Below are positions 49,475 to 58,766 of a DNA stretch of 58,766 bases, piece after piece. Position numbers and translations under genes: made by a program. Numbering within the stretch: the first letter of the stretch is position 1; each line of letters opens with the position of its first letter. The DNA is taken from the NCBI GenBank assembly GCA_963657465.1, contig CAVKNU010000001.1, forward strand, positions 1 through 58,766, given 5' to 3'. The stretch comes from Lachnospiraceae bacterium (lineage in GTDB: Bacteria; Bacteroidota; Bacteroidia; Bacteroidales; Bacteroidaceae). Under the pieces are notes generated by a model that had not been told where the DNA came from, searched no databases, and saw nothing but the letters and a program-made list of their open reading frames with translations.

Positions 49475-51697
49475 ATGATACAAACTGTAGTAAAGCGCGA
49501 CGGTCGCATCGTTGGTTTCAACGAGCAGAAAATCATGGCTGCTATTCGCAAGGCCATGTTGCATACAGATAAAGGTGAAGACATTTCCTTAATCGAACAA
49601 ATCACCGACCATGTAGCATATCGCGGCAAGAGCCAGATGAGTGTGGAAGCCATCCAAGATGCCATTGAGATGGAGTTGATGAAGAGTGCCCGCAAGGATG
49701 TGGCACAAAAATACATCGCCTACCGCAATCAGCGCAACATTGCCCGCAAAGCAAAAACTCGTGACGTATTCATGAGCATTGTCAATGCCAAGAACAACGA
49801 CATTACTCGCGAAAACGCCAACATGAATGCCGACACTCCAGCCGGCATGATGATGAAGTTCGCCTCTGAAACCACGAAACCTTTCGTTGACGACTACCTC
49901 CTGAGTGAGGAAGTACGTGACGCCGTCTTGCATAACTACATCCATATTCACGACAAAGATTATTATCCAACCAAGAGTCTCACCTGTGTACAGCATCCAC
50001 TCGATATCATCCTAAAACACGGTTTTACAGCAGGTCATGGCTCTAGCCGTCCAGCCAAGCGCATTGAAACTGCAGCAGTCTTAGCTTGTATTTCTTTGGA
50101 AACATGCCAAAACGAAATGCATGGTGGACAAGCAATCCCTGCCTTTGATTTCTACTTGGCACCTTACGTACGTATGTCTTACCAAGAGGAAGTGAAAAAC
50201 CTCGAGAAACTTACAGGCAAGAACCTCAGTCATCTCTACGACATTGAGATAGAAGACTATGAAGAGAAAGACTTGGAGGGCCTTGAGGGAGAAGCACGCC
50301 TAGAACAGCATGCCATCAATAAGACCGTCAACCGAGTACACCAGGCTATGGAAGCTTTCATCCACAACATGAACACCATTCATTCCCGTGGTGGAAACCA
50401 AGTGGTATTCTCTTCCATTAATTATGGTACAGATACCTCTGCCGAAGGACGCTGTATCATGCGTGAGATATTAAAAAGCACCTATGAAGGTGTCGGCAAT
50501 GGTGAAACTGCCATCTTCCCTATCCAGATTTGGAAGAAAAAACGTGGCGTAAACTATTTGCCTGAGGATCGTAATTACGACCTCTACCAACTAGCATGCA
50601 AAGTGACAGCACGCCGTTTCTTCCCTAACTTTTTGAATCTCGATGCTACATTCAATCAAAACGAGAAGTGGCATGCTGACGACCCTGAGCGTTACAAGTG
50701 GGAAATTGCAACTATGGGATGCCGTACACGCGTGTTCGAGGATCGTTGGGGCGAGAAAACAAGTATTGCACGTGGAAACTTAAGCTTCACAACCATCAAT
50801 ATTGTGAAATTAGCGATCGAGTGCATGAATATAGAAGACAAGAAACAGCGCATTGACATGTTCTTTGCCAAGCTTGACAATATCCTCGACATCACAGCTA
50901 AACAACTTGACGCGCGTTTCCAGTTCCAAAAGAGCGCCATGGCAAAGCAGTTCCCATTGCTCATGAAATACCTATGGGTAGGAGCAGAGAAGCTGAAACC
51001 AGAAGAGACCATAGAGAGCGTCATCAACCACGGAACATTAGGTATCGGCTTCATCGGTTTGGCAGAGTGCCTCGTCGCCCTCATCGGTCATCATCATGGC
51101 GAGAGTGAAGAAGCTCAAGAGCTAGGTTTGAAGATCATCACCTATATGCGTGATAGAGCCAACGAATTCAGCGAGCAGTATCATCACAACTACTCTATCC
51201 TTGCAACCCCAGCAGAAGGCTTGAGTGGCAAGTTCACGAAAAAAGATCGCAAGGCATTTGGCGTTATTCCTGGTGTAACTGATCGTGACTACTATACAAA
51301 CTCCAACCATGTGCCAGTATATTACAAATGCACCGCATTGAAGAAAGCACAGATTGAAGCTCCATACCACGACTTGACCCGCGGTGGACACATCTTCTAT
51401 GTAGAAATCGATGGTGACGCAACCCACAACCCATCCGTGATTTCCAGCGTAGTTGACATGATGGATAAATACAACATGGGATATGGCTCTGTCAACCACA
51501 ACCGCAACCGTTGCCTAGACTGTGGCTACGAGAATGCAGACGCCCATCTGGAAGTTTGTCCAAAATGTGGCAGCCATCACATTGATAAATTACAACGCAT
51601 CACAGGCTACCTTGTTGGTACAACCGACCGTTGGAACAGTGGGAAATTGGCTGAGCTCCACGACCGTGTCACTCATATTGACACACCAAAGAAGTAA
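49475..51697 (+). CDS. nrdD: Anaerobic (class III) ribonucleoside-triphosphate reductase
   Basis: ATP cone VVKRDG; MGCRT, TPAEGL and YYTNS motifs; CLDCG...CPKCG; glycyl-radical motif RITGYL. Confidence 0.97.
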   Translation: MIQTVVKRDGRIVGFNEQKIMAAIRKAMLHTDKGEDISLIEQITDHVAYRGKSQMSVEAIQDAIEMELMKSARKDVAQKYIAYRNQRNIARKAKTRDVFMSIVNAKNNDITRENANMNADTPAGMMMKFASETTKPFVDDYLLSEEVRDAVLHNYIHIHDKDYYPTKSLTCVQHPLDIILKHGFTAGHGSSRPAKRIETAAVLACISLETCQNEMHGGQAIPAFDFYLAPYVRMSYQEEVKNLEKLTGKNLSHLYDIEIEDYEEKDLEGLEGEARLEQHAINKTVNRVHQAMEAFIHNMNTIHSRGGNQVVFSSINYGTDTSAEGRCIMREILKSTYEGVGNGETAIFPIQIWKKKRGVNYLPEDRNYDLYQLACKVTARRFFPNFLNLDATFNQNEKWHADDPERYKWEIATMGCRTRVFEDRWGEKTSIARGNLSFTTINIVKLAIECMNIEDKKQRIDMFFAKLDNILDITAKQLDARFQFQKSAMAKQFPLLMKYLWVGAEKLKPEETIESVINHGTLGIGFIGLAECLVALIGHHHGESEEAQELGLKIITYMRDRANEFSEQYHHNYSILATPAEGLSGKFTKKDRKAFGVIPGVTDRDYYTNSNHVPVYYKCTALKKAQIEAPYHDLTRGGHIFYVEIDGDATHNPSVISSVVDMMDKYNMGYGSVNHNRNRCLDCGYENADAHLEVCPKCGSHHIDKLQRITGYLVGTTDRWNSGKLAELHDRVTHIDTPKK

Positions 51698-51704
51698 GAC
51701 TGAA

Positions 51705-52220
51705 ATGATTAGTATATTAAGTATCGTACACGACACAATGGTAGATGGTCCGGGATTCCGGACCTCTATCTATTGTGCAGGATGCCCCAACCATTGTCCC
51801 GAATGCCATAATCCACAATCATGGGACATCAAGCATGGCACACCCACTTCGACAGAAGACATCATGAAAGAAATCATGAGCGACCCTTTTGCCAACGTCA
51901 CTTTTACGGGAGGCGACCCCATGTTCCAAGCTGAAGGCTTTGCCGAACTAGCCCGTGCCATTCACAAAGAAAGCAACAAAACCATTTGGTGCTTTACAGG
52001 ATATAAGTATGAGGACTTAGTAAAAAATGAGAAGCAACTGCAACTTCTCCAACTCATAGATGTGCTCGTAGATGGTCCTTTCATAAAAGCGCTGAGAGAC
52101 GAAGACTTATTTTTTAGAGGAAGTAGCAATCAACGCATCATCAATGTCAAGAAATCTCTAGCCCAAGGCAAAGTGGTAGAAATTTATCTCAGCCAAGAAA
52201 ATCCAAACCCAGAATTATAG
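51705..52220 (+). CDS. nrdG: Class III RNR activating enzyme
   Basis: VDGPGFR, GCPNHCPECHN, TGGDP, LVDGPF and FRGSSNQR motifs. Confidence 0.96.
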   Translation: MISILSIVHDTMVDGPGFRTSIYCAGCPNHCPECHNPQSWDIKHGTPTSTEDIMKEIMSDPFANVTFTGGDPMFQAEGFAELARAIHKESNKTIWCFTGYKYEDLVKNEKQLQLLQLIDVLVDGPFIKALRDEDLFFRGSSNQRIINVKKSLAQGKVVEIYLSQENPNPEL

Positions 52221-52262
52221 AAAGAAAAATTAACTGTAGAAGTTGCTGAAGATTATTGGGAA

Positions 52263-52634
52263 CTACAACACTCCCAATTGCTTCAGCAGTTTTTGTAGAT
52301 ACGCTCTTTCCCAGTCTTTCTTATGAAAGCGTTCTTTGCCATACATCAATAAATCTATATCCATATGGATGATGCCTTTCTGACTTTCCTCATGCGAGCG
52401 TCCACAAAAAACTTCTATTTTTTTCAAACTAGCCAAGACCTCTTCCACAGGAAGATTCGTTTGTGCACAAACTACTTCATTCAAGAATTTATCTGAATCC
52501 AATCCAATTGGCTCCGTCCAAATCATTTCTGAAAAGACGATATTGCCCAATCTTTCGCTAAGCAGTTGATTGGCTTGTTCCATATGTTTTTTCTGCTGCA
52601 CATTACTTCCCAAGGCTAGAATTATTTCTGTCAT
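52263..52634 (-). CDS. folK: 2-amino-4-hydroxy-6-hydroxymethyldihydropteridine diphosphokinase (short form)
   Basis: LALGSN, FLN and IE...GR...MDIDLL motifs. Confidence 0.8.
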   Translation of the reverse strand: MTEIILALGSNVQQKKHMEQANQLLSERLGNIVFSEMIWTEPIGLDSDKFLNEVVCAQTNLPVEEVLASLKKIEVFCGRSHEESQKGIIHMDIDLLMYGKERFHKKDWERAYLQKLLKQLGVL

Positions 52635-52747
52635 ATTTTTCCTATATTATTGTCTATTAATTGTTTTTATGCCCAATTCCAATGCAAAGATAGTGAAAAT
52701 ACTTAAATAATCTAGGAGGTATCCATTTTTTTTATTATTTTTGCAGT

Positions 52748-53671
52748 ATGAATCAGATAAAACCATACATATTAGGTATCACTTTGTTCCTCAGTATCTC
52801 TGCCCATGCACAGATGAAATGGAACCAAAACTACCAGACCTATATCAACCAATACAAGGATCTCGCTATCGAGCAGATGCTTCGTTACCGTATTCCTGCC
52901 AGCATAACTCTAGCCCAAGGACTCTTTGAGAGTGCTGCAGGCAGAAGCGATTTGGTAAGACAAGGCAACAATCACTTTGGCATCAAATGCCACAACTGGA
53001 CAGGTCCTACCCAATACCACGACGACGACGCACGTGGAGAATGTTTCCGTGTGTACCAAGACGCACGCGACAGTTATGAAGACCACAGTAAATTTCTAGC
53101 AAGACAACCTCGCTATGCCCGCCTCTTCGAGCTCAACACCACAGACTATAAAGGATGGGCTAGAGGATTGAAGGCATGCGGATATGCTACCAATCCCCAA
53201 TATGCCAACAAACTAATACAAATCATCGAACTGTATAAGCTCAATGACTATGATCGCGCCAAACGCTACGACCACTTCATGGCAGAGCATAGTGGCAGCG
53301 ACCAACCTGTCAATGCACAAGGCTTACTCCATCCTATCCATATTTTCAACGACAACTACTATCTCTATGCTCGCGAAGGAGACACATTCAAGAGTATTGG
53401 CAAAGAAGTGGGAATCAGTTGGAGAAAACTTGCCAAATATAACGAACGTGACAAACATGAGACCTTACGCAAAGGAGACATCATCTATCTGAAGAAGAAA
53501 CGCAAGAAGGCTCCTAAGCAATTCAAAAAGCGTCCACATGTGGTACAGTCAGGAGAAAGCATGTATATCATCTCTCAAAAATACGGCATCCGCCTCAAGA
53601 GTCTTTACCAAATGAATCATTTGACGCCTGATTTCAAGATTTATCCTGGTGCGAGACTTAGAGTCAGATAA
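52748..53671 (+). CDS. GH73 glucosaminidase with LysM domains
   Basis: IPASITLAQGLFES, NNHFGIKC and GYATNPQYA motifs; two LysM-like repeats. Confidence 0.92.
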   Translation: MNQIKPYILGITLFLSISAHAQMKWNQNYQTYINQYKDLAIEQMLRYRIPASITLAQGLFESAAGRSDLVRQGNNHFGIKCHNWTGPTQYHDDDARGECFRVYQDARDSYEDHSKFLARQPRYARLFELNTTDYKGWARGLKACGYATNPQYANKLIQIIELYKLNDYDRAKRYDHFMAEHSGSDQPVNAQGLLHPIHIFNDNYYLYAREGDTFKSIGKEVGISWRKLAKYNERDKHETLRKGDIIYLKKKRKKAPKQFKKRPHVVQSGESMYIISQKYGIRLKSLYQMNHLTPDFKIYPGARLRVR

Positions 53672-53698
53672 AAACATTCATAGAAAACAGAAACAAAG

Positions 53699-54988
53699 AT
53701 GAAAAAAATATTCATAATTTTAACAGCTTTGGTAGTGACCTTGAACCCTAGCAAAGGTCTCGCCCAAAATTTCAATGACTACTTCGAAGACAAGACTCTG
53801 AGAATAGATTACACATTTGCAGGTAACGACAAGCAACAGATGATTGCCGTTGATGAACTCAACGTAATCCCACGCTGGTACGGAAAGCGCCAACGCCTCA
53901 GTGAACTTCCAATGGAAGGAAATGGACAAATCATTGTCCGTGCCCACCACACCGGTGAAGTCATTTATCGCAACTCATTCTCTACCCTGTTCCAAGAATG
54001 GTTATCGGAACCAGAAGCTAAAACGAGCACAAAAAGTTTTGAGAATGTATTCCTCGTTCCTATGCCTAAAGACACGGTAGACATTAGTGTCGAACTACGC
54101 AACAATCGTAGAGAGGTCATGACTTCCCTCACCCATCAGGTTTCCCCTACAGACATTCTGATTCATCACAAAGGGAACTCCCCTACCCCCTATATCACAT
54201 TGCAACAAGCTGCCGACACATCTCGTTGCATTCATATTGCTTATGTAGCAGAGGGATACACACAAGCTGAAATGCAAACATTCCTGCATGACGCTCAAGA
54301 AGCTACAGACGCACTCTTCGCGCATGAACCATTTAAGAGCAATAAGGATAAATTCAACATTATTGCTGTAGAATCGCCTTCACAAGACAGTGGAGCTAGT
54401 GAACCAGACAAAGGGATTTGGAAGCATACCGCCCTTAGTTCTCACTTTGATACATTTTATAGTGAGAGATACTTGACGACACTCCATCTCAAAGACCTAC
54501 ACGACTGGCTTGCAGGCACTCCATATGAACATATCATCGTTTTGGTCAATACAGAGAGATACGGAGGCGGAGGAATACTCAACTCCTACAATCTTTCCAT
54601 GACTCACAATGAATGGTTTAAGCCTGTAGTCGTGCATGAATTTGGTCATTCTTTTGCAGGTCTTGCAGATGAGTATGCCTACGAGAATGAACCAATCCCT
54701 ATGTATCCCCACGACATAGAACCATGGGAGCCTAACATTACAACCCTCGTAAACTTCAAGGGAAAATGGGAAAATCTCATCAAAAAGGGAACTCCTATCC
54801 CGACACCCCCATCAAAAAAGGCAAAGGAAATCATGACCAAAGTGGGTGTGTTCGAAGGAGCAGGCTACTCTCTCAATGGTGTGTATCGCGGAACCCAGGA
54901 CTGCCGAATGCGCACCAACGAAAATCCGGAATTCTGTCCTGTATGCCAGCAAGCACTAACAAGAGTTATTGATTTTTACACTAAATAA
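53699..54988 (+). CDS. M64-family (IgA peptidase-like) metallopeptidase
   Basis: AEGYT, YGGGG, HEFGHSFAGLADEY and CRMR...FCPVC motifs. Confidence 0.92.
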   Translation: MKKIFIILTALVVTLNPSKGLAQNFNDYFEDKTLRIDYTFAGNDKQQMIAVDELNVIPRWYGKRQRLSELPMEGNGQIIVRAHHTGEVIYRNSFSTLFQEWLSEPEAKTSTKSFENVFLVPMPKDTVDISVELRNNRREVMTSLTHQVSPTDILIHHKGNSPTPYITLQQAADTSRCIHIAYVAEGYTQAEMQTFLHDAQEATDALFAHEPFKSNKDKFNIIAVESPSQDSGASEPDKGIWKHTALSSHFDTFYSERYLTTLHLKDLHDWLAGTPYEHIIVLVNTERYGGGGILNSYNLSMTHNEWFKPVVVHEFGHSFAGLADEYAYENEPIPMYPHDIEPWEPNITTLVNFKGKWENLIKKGTPIPTPPSKKAKEIMTKVGVFEGAGYSLNGVYRGTQDCRMRTNENPEFCPVCQQALTRVIDFYTK

Positions 54989-54995
54989 TAGAACC

Positions 54996-55475
54996 ATGGA
55001 GAATCTTACTGTTCATATTCCTTACCAACTAGCACAGTTGGAGGAGCTCGACAAAAAAGAGCAAACACTCGTTGAAAAAGCTATTGAAGCTACCAACAAT
55101 GCATACGTTCCATACAGCAAATTCCATGTTGGGGCCGCTTGCCTTTTAGCAAATGGAAGCATTGTGATTGGCGCAAACCAGGAAAATGCGGCTTTCCCTT
55201 CTGGACTATGCGCTGAACGTACCGCTATATTTTCAGCGCAAGCCAATCATCCAGACCAGCCCATCCTTGTGCTTGCCATTGCTGCAAGAAATAGCAATGG
55301 TATGCTAAAGAAGCCAATTTCTCCTTGCGGAGCTTGTCGCCAAGTAATATTAGAAATAGAAGATCGCTACCAACAACCTATCCGTATTTTGCTATATGGA
55401 GAAGACGGCATCCTTTGTTTCAATAGTATCAAAGACTTATTACCTTTCTGTTTTGTGGACGATTGCATGAAATAA
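54996..55475 (+). CDS. cdd: Cytidine deaminase
   Basis: AYVPYSKFHVGA, NQENA, CAERTA and PCGACRQ motifs. Confidence 0.95.
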   Translation: MENLTVHIPYQLAQLEELDKKEQTLVEKAIEATNNAYVPYSKFHVGAACLLANGSIVIGANQENAAFPSGLCAERTAIFSAQANHPDQPILVLAIAARNSNGMLKKPISPCGACRQVILEIEDRYQQPIRILLYGEDGILCFNSIKDLLPFCFVDDCMK

Positions 55476-55524
55476 CAACAAACAGAAAAAATTCTTATAA
55501 AGAGCAAAGCCCTTCCATCTTACA

Positions 55525-56952
55525 TCATGGGAGGGCTTTACTGTATTCATAACATCCTGCATCAGGTTCATCATCTCTACGCACAAAGTTTCGATCCATA
55601 GGAAGCGCCGTCTTAGGATCAGCAGCCCCAATGGCAGCAGAAGATGGAGACAAGCGAAAATCATAAATATAATTTACTGTATCGAAGGCCTTAAAATGTT
55701 TTGCTCCAAACCGCACGGTATCATCTGGAGTTTCATAAACAACATGAGAGAACCTCAAACTGTCTTCCGTCACAACCTTATCCATACGCATCACACAATG
55801 ATCAAACTGAAAATTAGGCACCTGATCACCATTAGTTTTCCAACTCACTTCTGTATCTTGGTAACCAGTGATTAAAGAGTTTATCATCCGAAAATTTAGG
55901 ATAGGTTCTTCCAAGTTGACGGCAACAGCACGCTCACCCTGAAATGGATAGAATTGTGCCACAGTCACCTGATTTGCCTCTACATCAGCACCCTTCACAT
56001 ACAGACAATTCTTTTTCGTGTTAGACAATTGACAATTGTTGAGTATCATCTTCACATGATTTGCAGCCACCCCATATCCCATACAATTATGCACAATCGT
56101 ATTTTCCAATAAAAGTTTCTGCTTGCTCACATCACTCGAATCCAAAACGATCCCATGATAAGCTCCATGAATATCTGCAAACTTAATTTCATTCCCATAA
56201 GAAGAAGACGAAATCCGAATTCCTTGCCACCTTCCAGGAATGCGATCATAAGGTAAATTATCAAATAAATTGCCAAGTGCATCACCTCGCAACACCACTT
56301 CTTTTTTAGGTGTTCCCTCTATTTTCAATCTACCTGCAACACACACACCGGCATTTTCCGCAAAATAAAGCGTAGCTCCAGCACTCAAAGTTAAGGTTGC
56401 AGCACTATCTACACGTAAGTCACCATGTACAACAATCGCTTTGTCAGAACCCAGAACTGAATCTTTCGAAATACAAAGATCTTTCAGCAATAGAGCATCC
56501 CAAGAGTAAGCATTTAACACCATCTCTTGTTTTGCACCACTCTCCAATTCAAAAGTCAGCTTATCTTCTACCTTTTGAGGCGTATCCTTATATTGCATAG
56601 GAGATGTCAACTCTACAAACACCCGAATGCTATCTTCTTTTCTAATCTCTACATCATGTGCCTGATAGCCCAGCTCCTGGCTCAAGAATGTTCCATCCAC
56701 ATTCACACGATAACCAAATTGATTTCCTCCCTCCAATCTAACAGACGTGCAACGTATATTATGATCCGTTCGATTATAAACCCACATGGATTGAGTAGAA
56801 GTTGGCACATTCGAAAAAACTGTATCCAATCGTATCGTATCTATGGGAAAAAACAACAAATCGTGCTTGGATGAAGAGAAGTGCTCATCATCCAAACACG
56901 ATGTCATCGTCCCTAAAAAGACGAATACCAATATTGCTAAAATCTTGTTCAT
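55525..56952 (-). CDS. Hypothetical lipoprotein with a probable beta-helix region
   Basis: Lipobox TSC; PGRWQGI and Asn-ladder-like repeats; C-terminal DFRL...S.AI...PDAGCYE. Confidence 0.75.
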   Translation of the reverse strand: MNKILAILVFVFLGTMTSCLDDEHFSSSKHDLLFFPIDTIRLDTVFSNVPTSTQSMWVYNRTDHNIRCTSVRLEGGNQFGYRVNVDGTFLSQELGYQAHDVEIRKEDSIRVFVELTSPMQYKDTPQKVEDKLTFELESGAKQEMVLNAYSWDALLLKDLCISKDSVLGSDKAIVVHGDLRVDSAATLTLSAGATLYFAENAGVCVAGRLKIEGTPKKEVVLRGDALGNLFDNLPYDRIPGRWQGIRISSSSYGNEIKFADIHGAYHGIVLDSSDVSKQKLLLENTIVHNCMGYGVAANHVKMILNNCQLSNTKKNCLYVKGADVEANQVTVAQFYPFQGERAVAVNLEEPILNFRMINSLITGYQDTEVSWKTNGDQVPNFQFDHCVMRMDKVVTEDSLRFSHVVYETPDDTVRFGAKHFKAFDTVNYIYDFRLSPSSAAIGAADPKTALPMDRNFVRRDDEPDAGCYEYSKALP

Positions 56953-56986
56953 AACCTAATAACGATAAAAACAAGAAATTATTGCA

Positions 56987-57679
56987 TTACATAAACATTG
57001 CAAAAACAGAAGCTCCTATCACAGTCATGATACCGCAAACCACAATCGACAAACTACTCATAGCTCCCTCGATCGTTCCCATCTCCATAGCTCTCGCCGT
57101 ACCTAGGGCATGAGCAGAGCAACCAATGGCAATACCTTTGGCAATAGGTTCTTTGATACGAAGCAACTTAAGAAATTTTTCTGCAAAAATATTTCCTAGG
57201 ACTCCTGTCACTATAATGACAACAACTGAGATTGAGACATGTCCACCCAACTCTTCTGAAACACCTATACCTATCGCTGTCGTTATAGATTTTGGCAAGA
57301 AAGTAACATAAGCCGCATGATCAAAATGAAACAACAATGCCAACAACAATACAGAGCACAAACTTGCCAAAACTCCCGACAAGATGCCTATCAGAACCGC
57401 CCTATAGTTACGCTTCAACAACTCTACTTGCTGATAAAGAGGAACTGCCAAACAGATGGTTGCAGGAGTAAGAAGATAGCTAATGCAATTAGCACCTGCA
57501 TTATAGGTCTTATAATCCACATTTGTGAGAAGCAAAATGCCAATCACTAAGACTATGGATATCAAAAGCGGGTTCATTAGCGACCATCCCGTTTTCATTT
57601 TCAACATCAAGCCTACGCTATAAGATGCCAAACTAACTAGAACTCCAAAAAATACAGAATCTTGAAACAATGTTATCAT
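56987..57679 (-). CDS. lrgB: LrgB family membrane protein
   Basis: LLTPATICLAVPLY, PKSITTAI and G..AHALGTA motifs. Confidence 0.92.
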   Translation of the reverse strand: MITLFQDSVFFGVLVSLASYSVGLMLKMKTGWSLMNPLLISIVLVIGILLLTNVDYKTYNAGANCISYLLTPATICLAVPLYQQVELLKRNYRAVLIGILSGVLASLCSVLLLALLFHFDHAAYVTFLPKSITTAIGIGVSEELGGHVSISVVVIIVTGVLGNIFAEKFLKLLRIKEPIAKGIAIGCSAHALGTARAMEMGTIEGAMSSLSIVVCGIMTVIGASVFAMFM

Positions 57680-58035
57680 TTCTTTTTCTCCTTTGTTTTA
57701 CGAATCACATACTGAGTCATCCAACCAGAAATACCCATCACAACAAATGTGCTTATAACTGTCACAACAATATATTGCAACCAAGAACTACCTATGGATT
57801 GCCAAGAGTCCATCAACCCAACAGCCGCAGGAATAAACATCACAGGCATAATGGCAATCAAGAAAGCACTCGTCTCACGGATATCTTTCACACTAATCCA
57901 TTTCAATTCCAATGCCACAAACAATAAAATGATGCCATAAATACTAGCAGGAATAGGCAAAGGAAAGGTATAATGAAGCAATTCTCCGACAAAAGAAAAA
58001 GCGATAATTATCAAAAATTGTATGATATATTTCAT
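57676..58035 (-). CDS. CidA/LrgA family protein
   Basis: LPIPASIYG and FIPAAVG motifs; overlaps lrgB by 4 bp. Confidence 0.92.
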   Translation of the reverse strand: MKYIIQFLIIIAFSFVGELLHYTFPLPIPASIYGIILLFVALELKWISVKDIRETSAFLIAIMPVMFIPAAVGLMDSWQSIGSSWLQYIVVTVISTFVVMGISGWMTQYVIRKTKEKKK

Positions 58036-58057
58036 TTCTTCTCAAATTACAAGTCTT

Positions 58058-58633
58058 TTATTTCAAGCCAATCTCCTTGATATAATTTTCAATCATATCA
58101 GCCGTATTACTTGTGCCCAACCTTGTGCAATTCAGGCACATATCATAATCATCCGCATTACCCCAAGTCAATCCCGTATAATATTTATGATATGCCACAC
58201 GGCAATCATCTGCATGATCAACAAATTCCTCTGCTTCTTCCCAAGATAGCTTCTCTTCGTTTTGAATATTTTCTACTCGATCATGTCTGCTTCCTCTTAA
58301 AAATACAGAAACCAAATCCTCACGTTCTTTGAAAATATAGTTTCCACAGCGACCGATGATAATACAATTCTCCTCACCAATCATATCAGCCAAAGTTTGG
58401 AGAGGCTTTTCCGTAAGACTACGACGATTTTCACCAAAAGAAGACATGGCAAAAAGAAGTTCATCAACTGGACGTTCATCAAAGAACGCCTCCATTTCAT
58501 CTAAGACTCCTCTTTCACTAGCCATCTCTAATAAATTTTTCCTAGTGTAAAAAGGTATCCCATAATGCTCTGCCAGTAACTTACCGACACGAACAGCGCC
58601 ACAGCCACACTGACGCGCAATTGTAATTATCAT
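58058..58633 (-). CDS. Cytidylate-kinase-like family protein
   Basis: IITIARQCGCG degenerate P-loop; CIIIGRCGNYI, R..Y..YYTG..WG and YDMCLN motifs. Confidence 0.85.
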   Translation of the reverse strand: MIITIARQCGCGAVRVGKLLAEHYGIPFYTRKNLLEMASERGVLDEMEAFFDERPVDELLFAMSSFGENRRSLTEKPLQTLADMIGEENCIIIGRCGNYIFKEREDLVSVFLRGSRHDRVENIQNEEKLSWEEAEEFVDHADDCRVAYHKYYTGLTWGNADDYDMCLNCTRLGTSNTADMIENYIKEIGLK

Positions 58634-58674
58634 ATTATAAACTTTTTATGTTGTTACCCTACTGCTTATATACC

Positions 58675-58710
58675 AAAAAAGCTAAGAAGAATATTTCTTC
58701 TTAGCCTTTT
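58675..58710 (-). terminator. Terminator downstream of tRNA-Pro
   Basis: gctaagaaga...tcttcttagc stem followed by T6 on the minus strand. Confidence 0.75.
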
Positions 58711-58713
58711 AAG

Positions 58714-58766
58714 TCGGGGCGACAGGATTCGAACCTGCGACCACCTGTTCCCAAAACAGGAGCGCT
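58714..58766 (-). tRNA. tRNA-Pro(UGG), 3' portion (5' end outside the window)
   Basis: Minus strand: CCTGT-TT-TGG-GA-ACAGG anticodon arm, GCAGGTTCGAATCCTGT T-arm, CGCCCCGA acceptor end; CCA not encoded. Confidence 0.93.

Noticed and set aside
58714..58766. tRNA-Pro 3' end as an island attachment site
   Set aside because: I saw no duplicate of the tRNA 3' end and no integrase in the window, and a normal terminator follows the tRNA.

Overview
Chromosomal window from a Bacteroidota organism, most likely a Prevotella/Segatella-like gut anaerobe. This rests on TAnnTTTG -7 promoter boxes, a short primary sigma factor lacking region 1.1, and gene content; no database search was run. In order it holds: a truncated TonB-dependent receptor, a split DUF362 gene, a cobalamin-riboswitch-controlled btuB-btuG-btuF-btuC operon, a Wzy-dependent polysaccharide cassette, gdhA, RNase P RNA, htrA and the primary sigma factor, a DPP-IV peptidase, an mtaB/TIGR01212/GT2 operon, a priming glycosyltransferase and Wzi-like gene, hisGDC, an MltF-like transglycosylase, a tricorn-like S41 protease, an SLC13 permease, type II pantothenate kinase, nrdDG, folK, a LysM glucosaminidase, an M64 peptidase, cdd, cidA/lrgB and the 3' part of tRNA-Pro(UGG). 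I found no transposase, integrase, CRISPR array or defence gene. The most interesting signals are non-coding or below the ORF cut-off: (1) two orphan symmetric elements built from short repeats (28872-29125 with CCTTCACC units; 1408-1711 with TGAGAC units); (2) an unlisted 56-aa lipoprotein with five O-glycosylation sequons, divergent from the priming glycosyltransferase; (3) a promoter-linked 21-aa YxxP micropeptide; (4) an apparent microhomology-mediated deletion in DUF362; (5) several candidate operators and promoters. None is proven to be a new system.
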